Shown here one piece after another: positions 51,240 to 61,893 of a stretch of 64,000 nucleotides of DNA. The stretch spans positions 1,504,001-1,568,000 of the forward strand of contig OZ242260.1 of assembly GCA_965207065.1 (NCBI GenBank), read 5' to 3'. The stretch is from a bacterium. Its GTDB lineage: Bacteria > UBA8248. Positions within the stretch are counted from its first letter, which is position 1, and each line of letters opens with the position of its first letter. The notes beneath the pieces are model-generated. The model made no database searches, was not told the origin of the DNA, and saw only the letters and a list, made by a program, of their open reading frames with translations. The position numbers and the translations under genes were made by a program.

Positions 51240-52451
51240 TCACCTCGGAGACGGCGGGCGGCGCTCCCGCCAGCCTTCCAGCATGTCCTCCGCGATGCTC
51301 CCGGCAACCCGCTCGGCCGCCTCCTGCGCCAAATCGCGCGCGAGGTGCGCGTAGCGCGCCGTCGTTTCCATCTTGCTGTGACCCAGGAGCTTCCCGATCA
51401 CGGGGAGCGACTCGCCGAGCGCCAGGGCCCGCGAGGCCCAGGAGTGCCGCAGGTCGTGCAGCCTCACGTCCCCGAGGCCCGCGCGCTCCCTTACCGTCCG
51501 CCAGGCCTCGTCGATGTTCCCAAGGTGCGTCCCCGGCTTCCTGCCCGGTATGACCCAGGGGCCGCCGTGGGCGCCAAGGAGGTCCGCGAGGAGTTCGACG
51601 GCCTCAGGCGGCAAGGGGACCGCCCGCGCGCCCGTCTTGGAATCGGGCAGCCTGAGCTCGCCCGCTTCGAGCGCCACGTCTTCGCGGCGCAGCTTGAGGA
51701 CCTCGCTCCTCCGGCACCCGGTAAGGGCCAGGAGCCGGATAGCGGCCACCACGGGCGCGGAAACGTCGCCCGCAGCCTCCGCCTCCTCAAGCGCCTCTCC
51801 CAGCCGGGTGAACTCCGAATCCGTCAGGAACCGCTCGCGCCTGCGCTCGGGGTATTTCATAATCGAGCGGCAGGGATTTGATAATCCGTCCGGCGCCATG
51901 CCCCAGCCAGCAGCCTGCTCGTACATCGCGGAGAGGGTGCGGAGCGCCATGTTCGCCACCGCAGGCGTCTCGTACAAGCTCTCGTGGAATTCCGCCACCT
52001 GCGCGCGAGAGAGCGCAGCCAGCGGCAGCTTGCCCAGGGCGGGCAGGACGTGGCGGTTGATCACCGAGCGGTAGAGCGCGGCGGTGGCCGGCTTGCACCG
52101 CACCGCGACGTATTCGGCGAGGTAGCGCGAGCACACCTCATTCACCGTGGGGCCGCCCACAGGCTTCATCGGTTCGGGAACCGCCTCCTCGCCCGCCTTT
52201 ACCCTCGCGATGATGCGGGCGGCGCGCTTCCTCGCCTCATCGGCGTTGATCACCCCGTGGCGGCCCACCGCCACCCTCTTGGGTCCCTCGGGACCCCGCG
52301 CCTGGGCGATGTAGACTTTTGAGCCGGTGGGATAAACCCGCACGCCGAAGCCGGTGAGCTCCCGGTCCCAGAAGACCGTGTCTTTCTCCACTTTTAGCTT
52401 CCCGACCGCGCGGTTGGAAAGCGTCCCGTATTTCGTCTTCGCCATCTTCAC
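51240..52451 (-). CDS. tyrosine integrase with Arm-binding domain
   Basis: FWDRELTGFGVRV, LTGCRRSE, SKTG, HDLRHSWAS, LLGH..TTARY. Confidence 0.92.
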   Translation of the reverse strand: MKMAKTKYGTLSNRAVGKLKVEKDTVFWDRELTGFGVRVYPTGSKVYIAQARGPEGPKRVAVGRHGVINADEARKRAARIIARVKAGEEAVPEPMKPVGGPTVNEVCSRYLAEYVAVRCKPATAALYRSVINRHVLPALGKLPLAALSRAQVAEFHESLYETPAVANMALRTLSAMYEQAAGWGMAPDGLSNPCRSIMKYPERRRERFLTDSEFTRLGEALEEAEAAGDVSAPVVAAIRLLALTGCRRSEVLKLRREDVALEAGELRLPDSKTGARAVPLPPEAVELLADLLGAHGGPWVIPGRKPGTHLGNIDEAWRTVRERAGLGDVRLHDLRHSWASRALALGESLPVIGKLLGHSKMETTARYAHLARDLAQEAAERVAGSIAEDMLEGWRERRPPSPR

Positions 52452-53626
52452 CCGGCCCTCCTGTTCGTGATGTGAATCCCGATACTCCCGCCCACCCGTA
52501 CCGCCGCCTCCCTCTCGGCCTCGCGCATCAGGTGCGCGTAGCGCGCGCTCGTCGCCACGCTCGTGTGCCCGAGCAGCTTGCCTATCGTGTATAAACTCTC
52601 GCCCAGCGCCAACGCCCTCGACGCGTAGGAGTGCCTGAGGTCGTGGATGCGCACGTCATGGAGCCCCGCCCGCTCCCTGATCGGCCGCCAGTAGTGGTGC
52701 AGGCCCGTGAGATGCTTCCCGGGTCTTTGTCCTGCGAATATCCAGGGGTTCTCAGGCAGCCTGGGAATGGCGTCCAGTATCCCGAGCACCGGCTTCGTCA
52801 GGGGGACCATCCGGGGACCCGCCTTGGCGTCCCTCAAGCGCAGATCGCCCGCCGTGCGGTCCACGTCGTCCCACCCGAGGCTCAGTATCTCGCCCCTGCG
52901 GCACCCGGTCAGGACGAGCAGCCGGATCGCCGCAACCGCGGGCGGCCATGTCCCGTCCTCCGCCTCGGCTTGCCTGAGCGCACGGCCCAGGCGCCGGTAT
53001 TCCTCAGGCGTCAGGAACCGCTCCCTCTTGCGCGTCCTGTAGCGGCGCACCGAGAGGCAGGGGTTCCGCCCGGGTGGGACCAGTTCCCACGCCTCGGCAA
53101 GGGTGTACATCCGCGAGAGTAGATGGACGGCCGCGTTGGCCCGGGCGGGCGTGGCCCTGAGCCTGTGATGAAGCGCCGTGACTTCCGCCCCGCCGACTTC
53201 TTCCAGCGCCATCCCGCCCAGGGCCGGCAGGATGTATTTGCCGAGCACCGTGCGGTACGCCGAGGCGGTGGCTGGCTTGAGATGCCGCTCCACGTGGATG
53301 CGCATGAAGCGCTCTGCGAGTCCCGATACGGTGGACTCCGCCTCGTGTGGTGGGGGTATTGGCTCTTCGCCCTGCTTGATGCGGTCGATGAGGAGGGCGG
53401 CCTGTTTCCTCGCCTCGTCGACGGTCAGTTCCCCGTGGTGGCCGAGCGTCACGCGCTTCGGACCCCCGGGTCCCCGGGACTGCACCACCCAGGTCTTCCT
53501 TCCCGTAACGTGGACTCGCACACCCAAGCCCGCCAGCTCCCGGTCCCAGAAGATCGCGTCCTTCCCGTCGGCCTCGAGCGCGTCGACGGTGCGCTTAGTG
53601 AGTTTCAGATCGCTTCGCTTCGGCAT
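52448..53626 (-). CDS. tyrosine integrase with Arm-binding domain (tandem paralog)
   Basis: FWDRELAGLGVRV, LTGCRRGE, HDLRHSYAS, LLGH..SARY. Confidence 0.92.
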   Translation of the reverse strand: MPKRSDLKLTKRTVDALEADGKDAIFWDRELAGLGVRVHVTGRKTWVVQSRGPGGPKRVTLGHHGELTVDEARKQAALLIDRIKQGEEPIPPPHEAESTVSGLAERFMRIHVERHLKPATASAYRTVLGKYILPALGGMALEEVGGAEVTALHHRLRATPARANAAVHLLSRMYTLAEAWELVPPGRNPCLSVRRYRTRKRERFLTPEEYRRLGRALRQAEAEDGTWPPAVAAIRLLVLTGCRRGEILSLGWDDVDRTAGDLRLRDAKAGPRMVPLTKPVLGILDAIPRLPENPWIFAGQRPGKHLTGLHHYWRPIRERAGLHDVRIHDLRHSYASRALALGESLYTIGKLLGHTSVATSARYAHLMREAEREAAVRVGGSIGIHITNRRAG

Positions 53627-54180
53627 CCCACCTCCTGAAATATGTAATCAAAACGCATACGTTCGGCTTCATACTGGAGGGTATCAGAGCATACGTGTGA
53701 CGAAAGCGCAAGGGGGGTCGGAGTGGGGAATAAGAAAAATATGGCATTATAAACAATCAGTTATCGTAGACAAACGGAGTCAATGGTGCCATTGCGTGTT
53801 CAACGACTTCATGGCAATAATTAATCGAAATTTACGGAAATTCCGTCTCGTCCCGATTCGGCGGTTCACTGGTCAAACGGGACCAATACCGGAGCGATGG
53901 AAGCAACAGATGATTCAGCTGATTGCCGACCGGAGAGTGAAGATTTGCGCGATGCCTCGGGTGGCGCATCATACTGGACGCACGGATTTCATGGAGCACG
54001 GCAAATGCGGGCAATTGCGCGTCCGCTCCTCGGTCTGGAAAAAGGGGTTCCCGGGCGATGAGGTGGCGCGCCTGCGTCGCAGATTCGTCGGGTGGCGCGT
54101 GAAAGGCGCATCTTCTTTTCGTCCCGAGCGAAAATAAGTTTCAGGAAAGTGAAAAACGGGTGCTACAATGGGTCGTTTCC

Positions 54181-55638
54181 ATGAAAAAGGAGCGCGCCTT
54201 GGAGAGAAGCCTGTTCGATCAGCCAGAAGAAGACGGCGGAGCGCAGGAACCCCGGCTCGATCCGGCGGCGCCCCTGGCCGAGCGCATGCGCCCCCGCACG
54301 CTCGATGAGGTCCTGGGCCAGGATCACCTCATCGGCCCGGGCCGCGTGTTGAGGCGCGCCGTGGAGGAAGACGCCCTGCGCCCGCTCATCTTCTGGGGAC
54401 CGCCCGGCACGGGCAAGACGACGCTCGCGCGCATCATCGCGAACAGGACGAACGCGCACTTCATCACGCTGAGCGCGGTGCTCCACGGGGTGAAGGAATT
54501 GCGCGCCGCCGTGGACGAGGCGAAGCGCATGCAGCGCAGGAGCGTCCGCACGATTCTGTTCATCGACGAGATCCACCGCTTCAACAAGGCCCAGCAGGAC
54601 GGCCTCCTGCCACACGTTGAAAACGGCATGCTCACCCTCATCGGCGCCACGACGGAAAACCCTTCCTTCGAGGTCATCGCGCCCCTGCTCTCCCGCGCGC
54701 GCGTGTTCGTGCTCGAAGGATTGAAGGAAGAGCACGTCGTCGCGCTTCTCCGCCGCGCCCTGGAAGACGCCGAGCGGGGCTTGGGCGCCATGAAGCTCGA
54801 AGCCGAGGATGACGCGCTGCGCCGCGTCGCGGTCTTGAGCAGCGGGGACGCGCGCTCGGCGCTCAACATTCTGGAAGCCGCTGCCGCTTTGGCCGGTGAG
54901 AGCCGTCGGGTCGATGCCGCATTGGTGGGCGAGGCCGCCCAGCGCAAGACGCTGCTCTACGACAAGGCGGGCGAGGAGCACTTCAACCTCATCTCCGCCC
55001 TTCACAAGATCCTGCGGGCTTCCGATCCCGACGCCGCGCTCTACTGGCTCGCGCGCATGCTCGAGGGGGGCGAAGACCCCATGTACATCCTGCGGCGCCT
55101 CGTGCGCTTCGCCTCCGAAGACGTCGGCATGGCCGACCCGAATGCGCTCGCCGTGGCGACCGCCGCCCAGGGGGCGTTCCACTTCATCGGCCTCCCCGAG
55201 GGGAAGCTCGCCATCGCCCAGGCGGTGGTCTATCTCGCCCAGGCGCCCAAGAGCGACGCGGTCTACCGGGGCTTCGGGGCCGCCGAGCGCGCCGTGCGCG
55301 AGCGCGACGCCGCACCCGTCCCCCATCACCTGAGGAACGCGCCCACCGGCCTCATGCGCGATCTGGGCTACGGCGCGGGCTACAAGCACGCGCACGAGTT
55401 CGACGACGCGGTCGTGGAGATGGAGGGCATGCCCGAAGGGCTGCAGGGTACGCGGTTCTACCACCCCACCTCCCGGGGGTTCGAGGCGGAGGTCCAGAAG
55501 AGACTCGCCATACGCGAGGAGAAACTGAACGAGCGCCTCGGCGAACGCCTGAACGTGCCCGATGAGAAGTCCATGGACGACCGCCGCCCCTCCGACCCCG
55601 CCATGCCCGGCAGAAGGGCGCGGCGCAAGGATAAATAA
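54181..55638 (+). CDS. rarA: replication-associated recombination protein A
   Basis: PLAERMRP, GPPGTGKTT, FIDEIHRFNKAQQD, GATTENPSF, ASEDVG. Confidence 0.95.
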   Translation: MKKERALERSLFDQPEEDGGAQEPRLDPAAPLAERMRPRTLDEVLGQDHLIGPGRVLRRAVEEDALRPLIFWGPPGTGKTTLARIIANRTNAHFITLSAVLHGVKELRAAVDEAKRMQRRSVRTILFIDEIHRFNKAQQDGLLPHVENGMLTLIGATTENPSFEVIAPLLSRARVFVLEGLKEEHVVALLRRALEDAERGLGAMKLEAEDDALRRVAVLSSGDARSALNILEAAAALAGESRRVDAALVGEAAQRKTLLYDKAGEEHFNLISALHKILRASDPDAALYWLARMLEGGEDPMYILRRLVRFASEDVGMADPNALAVATAAQGAFHFIGLPEGKLAIAQAVVYLAQAPKSDAVYRGFGAAERAVRERDAAPVPHHLRNAPTGLMRDLGYGAGYKHAHEFDDAVVEMEGMPEGLQGTRFYHPTSRGFEAEVQKRLAIREEKLNERLGERLNVPDEKSMDDRRPSDPAMPGRRARRKDK

Positions 55639-55700
55639 CCAAGTATAGAGAATTGCACTTTTGGTTTGCCAAATGAAAGAGGGAATGGGACGAGCAGCGA

Positions 55701-56171
55701 CTATTTTTCGCTTTCCCTTTTCCGTCGCATGAATATGACCGGATGCCCATAGAGGTCACCGCTTACATTGTTCAACTCCCTGTGCGCGATATCTTCTGAT
55801 GGTCCAAGTTTGCTGGTCCACCACCCATTTTCTAATTGTCGCGCTGCATGTTTCGGAACATTGCCTTTAGCGAAGATAACTATTTTTTCATATTCTTCTT
55901 CCAATGATCCGTCATCGCATTTCTTGTATCCAAGCGTTTCAAATGCAGCGCTAAAAGCCTCAAGGGTTTCTTCCATGGGAACATTTTGAGGCCAAAATAT
56001 CCGTTCTAATTGCTCGTCTATCTCACAGGGCCACCACCAATGTTCATCATCGGCAGCTGCCCAAGCTATGCAATTATAATTTTCCGTAGGACTACTTGTT
56101 ACGATGTGATTATTTTTATTGAGGAGGGGAAATAGTACGTAGAAATCTTCTCCTAAACGATCAAAAGACAC
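55701..56171 (-). CDS. hypothetical protein with papain-like Cys/His motifs
   Basis: NYNCIAWAA..WWWP, HAARQL..GWWTSKLG..EDIAH. Confidence 0.7.
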   Translation of the reverse strand: MSFDRLGEDFYVLFPLLNKNNHIVTSSPTENYNCIAWAAADDEHWWWPCEIDEQLERIFWPQNVPMEETLEAFSAAFETLGYKKCDDGSLEEEYEKIVIFAKGNVPKHAARQLENGWWTSKLGPSEDIAHRELNNVSGDLYGHPVIFMRRKRESEK

Positions 56172-56595
56172 CTTTTCTCTTCCCCCACGAAAGCCATGAC
56201 TGCACTATTTTCGAAGGGTTTCCATGGGCGCTCTTTGGGACTGGGTTCTCTCCAGTGATTTTTTTAAGCGCGTGAATCCAAAAATTAGGTTTGTTTTTTT
56301 CTAGATCCAATTGCCTCAATATCATAGGAACCGCCCGTTCTCCCATCGCTATTATTTTTCGATAGGATGGACATGCAGTAATATCCGAAATGGATGACAT
56401 TACTTTTTTTTCCATGTTCCATTTTGCCAATAAATGCTCAAAGTCCGTCAGGTCTAAAATTCCTCTGCCCCACGACCTGGTGTGCCGGACGAATTTGGCG
56501 CTTCTGACGATATCGGCAGTAGTTTCCAATGCCTCATCCCTGGGCTGAATTGTTTCCGTTCCCGTCTGCTCAAAATCTATATTCGCTATATCCAC
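56161..56595 (-). CDS. hypothetical helical protein
   Basis: PSYRKIIAMGERAVPMILRQL..WIHALKKITGENPV; overlaps the downstream gene. Confidence 0.7.
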   Translation of the reverse strand: MDIANIDFEQTGTETIQPRDEALETTADIVRSAKFVRHTRSWGRGILDLTDFEHLLAKWNMEKKVMSSISDITACPSYRKIIAMGERAVPMILRQLDLEKNKPNFWIHALKKITGENPVPKSAHGNPSKIVQSWLSWGKRKGVF

Positions 56596-56596
56596 T

Positions 56597-56860
56597 TTAT
56601 GAAGTCCTCTCTTTCAATTCCTCGGGTGCTTCTAATACTGAGACAACTTGCTGGTGTTTGATGAGATAATAAGGGTTTCCTTCATCATCCCATTTACCAT
56701 GCACTCTAACAGCACGCACAAGCATCGTTTTTATTCCCAATACCGTTCCATCATCTAGCGTATACTCAACCAATGCCTCAGTAGATTTTGTGATCGGAAT
56801 ATTCAAACCTTCCACTTCCGTTCCATCTATGTCTTTTGTTTTAATTTTTCGGTATGCCAT
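56597..56860 (-). CDS. hypothetical protein (87 aa)
   Basis: EYTLDDGTVL..WDDEGNPYY; 1 bp from the next gene. Confidence 0.65.
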   Translation of the reverse strand: MAYRKIKTKDIDGTEVEGLNIPITKSTEALVEYTLDDGTVLGIKTMLVRAVRVHGKWDDEGNPYYLIKHQQVVSVLEAPEELKERTS

Positions 56861-57343
56861 CCTGGAACCCTTTTTGTGGAACAGATTATGCGTACCATCA
56901 CGATACCTAATAAATTATAGGATAGATATACCCACTTGCAACGAGGTACTTTAATCTAAAGAGTATTTGATTTTCACAAAAGATCAAAAGGCGGCTTTCT
57001 CTTTCCCTTACCATCATAGCAACTGACCCTGATGCTCAAATCGATAAATTGTTATAAATATTCAACAGCTGCATTTTAATGAACTTGCATTTATTTGAAA
57101 TGACTAAAAAAATTTTGCTCATTAGCTAATGGTCTCTGCTCATTTTCGCCTCACGACAGCCACCATGCACACTCATTTCGCGCTTGAGGTTCTTCTGCAA
57201 ATTAAGGAGTTATGGCGTAATAGCGTCAGGAAGGCGCAATAATTTAAAAATAGAGCACGCTTTCAGATAGACTGGTTCGACCACATAATATTCACCATAC
57301 GCGGGAGCGATCCCATATCTTGAATATTCTAGTGGCGCAATTA

Positions 57344-58123
57344 TCAGTTCGCCGCCGCAATGGAATCCTTGGATTCAATCGCCTCATCCATCTCGTCGAT
57401 AATCGCCTTCGCCGCGCTGAACGGGTCGTCGTTTTTCGTGATGGGCCTGCCCACGACGAGATAGTCCGAACCCATGCGGATGGCGTCCGCAGGCGTCGTG
57501 ATTCGCTTGTGATCGTCCGAGGCGGACCACGCCGGCCGGATTCCGGGGCTTACGATATCGGCGTTCGGGAACCTCTCGCGGCAGGCCCCGATGGCGTCGC
57601 CCGAGACGATCAGCCCGTCGCATCCCTCGGCGAGCAGCTTCTCCCCGCGTTCGAGAATGTATTGCGCCGAATCCGTTCCCGTAATTCCTTCGCTTCGCAA
57701 GTCATCATCACTGAGACTGGAGAGCAAAGGCACCATCAGGAGTTTGGGATGCTCCGCTGTCCCTCGGGTTTTGAGCGCGGTTTCTATCGTCCTGGTCGTC
57801 ATCACGTAGGGCATGGACTCGGTGAGCGTGACGAACCTGACGTTCAGGGAGGTGCAGCCCTCGATGAAGCTGGCGATCGTGTTGCCGATGTCTCCCGACA
57901 GCTTGAGATCGACGAACACTCCGCCTTCGCCTGAGCGGCGCTCCTGCAGCTCATTGATGAATCCGAGCAGGTTCCCCGCCAGAAAGAGTTCGAGCCCGAC
58001 CTTGAAAAAGGATACGTTCTCGAGTTTCTCGACCAGCGTGAGCGCTTCCTCGTGCGTCGGCACGTCCAGCGCAACGATAAGGCGGTCTTTGCCGCTCAGG
58101 TTCGCCGCGGGTCGCTCCCCCAT
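57344..58123 (-). CDS. pyrF: orotidine-5'-phosphate decarboxylase
   Basis: LIVALD, FKVGLEL, VDLKLSGDIGNT, SPGIRP, VVGRPI. Confidence 0.92.
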   Translation of the reverse strand: MGERPAANLSGKDRLIVALDVPTHEEALTLVEKLENVSFFKVGLELFLAGNLLGFINELQERRSGEGGVFVDLKLSGDIGNTIASFIEGCTSLNVRFVTLTESMPYVMTTRTIETALKTRGTAEHPKLLMVPLLSSLSDDDLRSEGITGTDSAQYILERGEKLLAEGCDGLIVSGDAIGACRERFPNADIVSPGIRPAWSASDDHKRITTPADAIRMGSDYLVVGRPITKNDDPFSAAKAIIDEMDEAIESKDSIAAAN

Positions 58124-58318
58124 CGACGCTCCTCCTGTTTCTTCGGGCGGGTAAATCCGGTGATTTGCGGGCGTAATCGCAAAATCCTTATCTTATATTT
58201 CGCATGGGAAATCAATCGCGCGTCCCTCACGCTCTGGACGAGGCGAGGAGCATCATCAAGTGTTGCCCCGAAAGGCAAGATACTTGAAAATCAGGAAAAC
58301 TATCCCCGGAAACGCTGA

Positions 58319-58753
<435 letters not shown>

Positions 58754-58774
58754 ATCACCGCATTCCTCGCCTGA

Positions 58775-59170
58775 AGGGGTTGTTGAGAAAGCCCTGAATT
58801 CTAGATTCGGCGAATAGAACCGAGCGAGGAATCCGTAGGGACAGGCCCCCGTGCCTGTCCGATGTCGCTCCCCCCTTGAAAGGGAAACCCCATAAAGTCA
58901 ACCCCCCCTACCCCCCCTTGTCAGGGGGGTATAAAAAAGCGATGCGCCCCCGCCGGGCAGAGGAGGTTTTGCTGTTTCTTGCCCCCCTGACAAGGGGGGG
59001 TAGGGGGGGTTGGTTTTCAAGGCAGGGGGAGGACGAACGGGGTGGCTTTTTCAACAGACCCCTCAAGGGGGGAGTGATTCACCCCGACCCACACGGGCTT
59101 TTTCAACAACCTCTGACAAGGGGGGTTGGGGGGGGGTGCTACCCCGAGGAAGGGTATTTCAACAACCCCC
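58775..59170. repeat. cluster of G/C-run palindromic repeats (REP/MITE-like)
   Basis: CCCCCCTTGTCAGGGGGG inverse to CCCCCTGACAAGGGGGG, related CTGACAAGGGGGG again at ~59112; TTTCAACA motif three times. Confidence 0.65.
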
Positions 59171-60042
59171 TACCGAAACAGCTCGATGTCCGCCTCCGCC
59201 TCTCCGTGGTAGACCGCCTTCACCTTCAGCAGGTCATCCAACACCAGCTTCTTGTCGCGCGGGTTTCTCAAGAGATACGCCGGGTGATACGTCGAGAGGC
59301 AGGGTATTCCCTGGTAGCGCCCGAACTTGCCCCTGAGCCTGCCGATGGGCGTCTTCGTCTGGAGCAGCCACTGCGCGGCGAATTTCCCTAACGCCAGGAT
59401 GAGCCTGGGCTGGATGACGGCGAGTTGCTTGTGGAGATACGGTTCGCAGCAGTCGATCTCGTCCGGTTCGGGGTTGCGGTTGCCGGGCGGGCGGCACTTC
59501 AGGATGTTGCAGATGTAGACCTCCTGGCGCGGGACCTCGATGACGTTTTCGATCATCTTTGTCAGCATCTGGCCCGCCCGGCCCACGAAGGGAATCCCCT
59601 CCGCGTCCTCGTTCGCTCCGGGCGCTTCGCCGACGATGACGAGGTTCGCCGCCGGGTTCCCCACGCCGAACACGAGGTTCGTCCGGCCCGCTCCCAGCTT
59701 GCACCGCAAACAACCGTCCACGGCGGCTTCGAGTTCTGCGAGCGACATCTCCGCTTGGGGGTCGAAGGGAAGCGGCGGTGGTTCGGGGCCCGGGTCTCTG
59801 CGCTTCGCCATGGGGGCCAGGGTGGGTTCGGGCGCAGGGGCGGCCTGGGGAATCAGGGCATGTTGCTCGGGTTTTGGCGCGGTTTCGGGTTCAGGCGCTC
59901 GTGCGGGCGTGGCCGCCACGGGCTGCGCCGCCTTGGGAACCGCCTCCCGCGGAGTTCCCAGGCACACGTAACCGACCCCTGCGGCGCGTTGGCTTCTCAG
60001 GTGTCCGAGTATTTCTCTGGCCAGTTCTGCGCGGTGGTTCAT
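59170..60042 (-). CDS. uracil-DNA glycosylase family 4
   Basis: CLRCKL, VGEAPG, PFVGRAG, KCRPPGNRNP, YHPAYLLR. Confidence 0.93.
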   Translation of the reverse strand: MNHRAELAREILGHLRSQRAAGVGYVCLGTPREAVPKAAQPVAATPARAPEPETAPKPEQHALIPQAAPAPEPTLAPMAKRRDPGPEPPPLPFDPQAEMSLAELEAAVDGCLRCKLGAGRTNLVFGVGNPAANLVIVGEAPGANEDAEGIPFVGRAGQMLTKMIENVIEVPRQEVYICNILKCRPPGNRNPEPDEIDCCEPYLHKQLAVIQPRLILALGKFAAQWLLQTKTPIGRLRGKFGRYQGIPCLSTYHPAYLLRNPRDKKLVLDDLLKVKAVYHGEAEADIELFR

Positions 60043-60076
60043 CGTCTTGGGCCGGCGGGCGCTTAGGATGTAGGAA

Positions 60077-61315
60077 TCAAGTACTGATGTTTTGCCACAT
60101 TTTGGCGAGACGGTCGAGGATGCGTCCGGCCAGAACCCCTTTTTCGAGCACCGGGAGCGCTTCGGTTTCGCTTCTGTCGATGATCCAGGCGCGCGAGGCG
60201 TCCGCGCCCATCGCGTCCTCATCACCCGAAACCCTGTTCGCCACAATGAAGTCCATTCCCTTTCTTATGAGCTTCTCCTTCGCGCGCTCTAATACCTCTT
60301 CGGTTTCAGCGGCGAAGCCGACCAGGATTCTCCCTCCCTTATCGCCTGCGAGTTCGGCGAGTATGTCCGTCGTCCGTTCGAGTTCGACAGCGAGAGGTCC
60401 GTCCCCTTTCTTGTGTTTTCGGGCCGAGGGGTCGACCGGGCGATAGTCCGCCACGGCGGCGGCCATAATGAGAGCGTTTGCAACCACCCATTCATCCTTC
60501 ACGGCTTGATACATCTCGGCGGCCGATTCCACGCGGACGACGCGCACGCCCGGCGGGTCTGCGAGTACGGCGGGTCCGCTCACGAGAACTGCGTCCGCTC
60601 CCCGCCTCGCGGCCTCTCCCGCCAGGGCGAAGCCCATCTTGCCGCTCGAGCGGTTCGAGAGATAGCGCACGGCGTCCCATCTCTCCCGCGTGGGTCCCGC
60701 CGTGACCACCACCTTCATGCCCGAAAGATCGGGATTCGGAACCAGAATCGCTCGCGCGGCCAGCAGAATCTCCCCCGGCTCGGGCATGCGCCCCCGGCCA
60801 ACGCCCTCTTCCGCGCGGGCCATGCGGCCGGCGGCCGGCTCCATGACGACGTGGCCTCTCTCGCGCAGGGCGGATACGTTCTCCTGAACGGCGGGCGAGG
60901 CCCACATGCGCGGGTTCATGGCCGGCGCGACGAGCGCGGGCGGCCTGGCGGAGAGCAGGAGCGTGGAAAGAAAATCATCCCCGACCCCTTGCGCGAACTT
61001 TCCGATGATGTTCGCCGTGGCAGGAGCGATGATGATGAGGTCCGCATGATCCGTAAGCGAAACGTGCGGCATGTCGCCCGTGGATCCGCCCCCCTCGACC
61101 GGAAACATTCTCTGGATAGGCGTCACCCCCGTGAGCACCTCGAAGGGCAGCGGCTGAACGAACGATGCGGCGCTTTCAGTCAGGACCGTCTGCACCTCGG
61201 CCCCGTCGAGGGCGAGCAGCCGCGCCAGATCGATTGATTTATACGCGGCGATGCCGCCCGATACGCCGAGGACGGTTTTCTTCCCGCTGAGGGGGGCCTG
61301 CGCCTGTTTGCTCAC
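60077..61315 (-). CDS. coaBC: phosphopantothenoylcysteine decarboxylase/ligase
   Basis: GVSGGIAAYK, APATAN, APAMN, TAGPTRE, NRSSGKMG, VGFAAET; GTGA overlap with gmk. Confidence 0.95.
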   Translation of the reverse strand: MSKQAQAPLSGKKTVLGVSGGIAAYKSIDLARLLALDGAEVQTVLTESAASFVQPLPFEVLTGVTPIQRMFPVEGGGSTGDMPHVSLTDHADLIIIAPATANIIGKFAQGVGDDFLSTLLLSARPPALVAPAMNPRMWASPAVQENVSALRERGHVVMEPAAGRMARAEEGVGRGRMPEPGEILLAARAILVPNPDLSGMKVVVTAGPTRERWDAVRYLSNRSSGKMGFALAGEAARRGADAVLVSGPAVLADPPGVRVVRVESAAEMYQAVKDEWVVANALIMAAAVADYRPVDPSARKHKKGDGPLAVELERTTDILAELAGDKGGRILVGFAAETEEVLERAKEKLIRKGMDFIVANRVSGDEDAMGADASRAWIIDRSETEALPVLEKGVLAGRILDRLAKMWQNIST

Positions 61316-61893
61316 GGGGAATCGACCTCCCCGCGATGGTTCAGAATAATTTTTTTGAGTTCCTGAAAAGCGACGTCCAGGTCGTCGTTGATGATGACGT
61401 GGTCGAACTGGTGGCTTTGCGCCATTTCTTCTTCGGCTCTCGAGAGCCGGAGTTCGGCGTCTTCGCCGGTTTCTGTCGCCCGTTGTTCGAGGCGCGTGGA
61501 CAGCTCGTCCAGCGAGGGCGGCATGACGAATACGAGGCTCGCCTCGGCTCGTCTCCGCTTGACCTGCAGGGCGCCCTGGACGTCCAGGTCCATGATCACG
61601 TCGTCTCCCCCGGCCAGACGCGCGTCCACCGCCTCTGCGGGCGTTCCGTAGCATTCCTCGAAAACATGCGCCCATTCGAGAAACTCGTTTCTGGCGATCA
61701 TCTCGTCGAACCGCGGGCGTTCCATGAAATAATAATGAACCCCGTCCTCCTCGTACTCGCGCCTTGGCCGCGTCGTCGCGCTAATCGAGTGCCAGATGTT
61801 GGGGAGTTCCCGGCATGAACGGTCGATGAGCGTGGATTTGCCCGCCCCCGAGGGAGCGGAAATAACGAAGAGGCGGCCCCTGCTTTGCATCAT
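61312..61893 (-). CDS. gmk: guanylate kinase
   Basis: SAPSGAGKST, SATTRPRR, FLEWA, DVQGA. Confidence 0.96.
   Translation of the reverse strand: MMQSRGRLFVISAPSGAGKSTLIDRSCRELPNIWHSISATTRPRREYEEDGVHYYFMERPRFDEMIARNEFLEWAHVFEECYGTPAEAVDARLAGGDDVIMDLDVQGALQVKRRRAEASLVFVMPPSLDELSTRLEQRATETGEDAELRLSRAEEEMAQSHQFDHVIINDDLDVAFQELKKIILNHRGEVDSP

Noticed and set aside
49238-51307. 689-aa minus-strand ORF and similar long antisense ORFs (9014-10033, 12207-13274, 54163-55464)
   Set aside because: Shadow frames of GC-rich genes with no recognisable motifs
53630-54180. tRNA/tmRNA integration site at the island edge
   Set aside because: No cloverleaf, T-loop with CCA, or direct repeat recognisable; the other island boundary is probably outside the window
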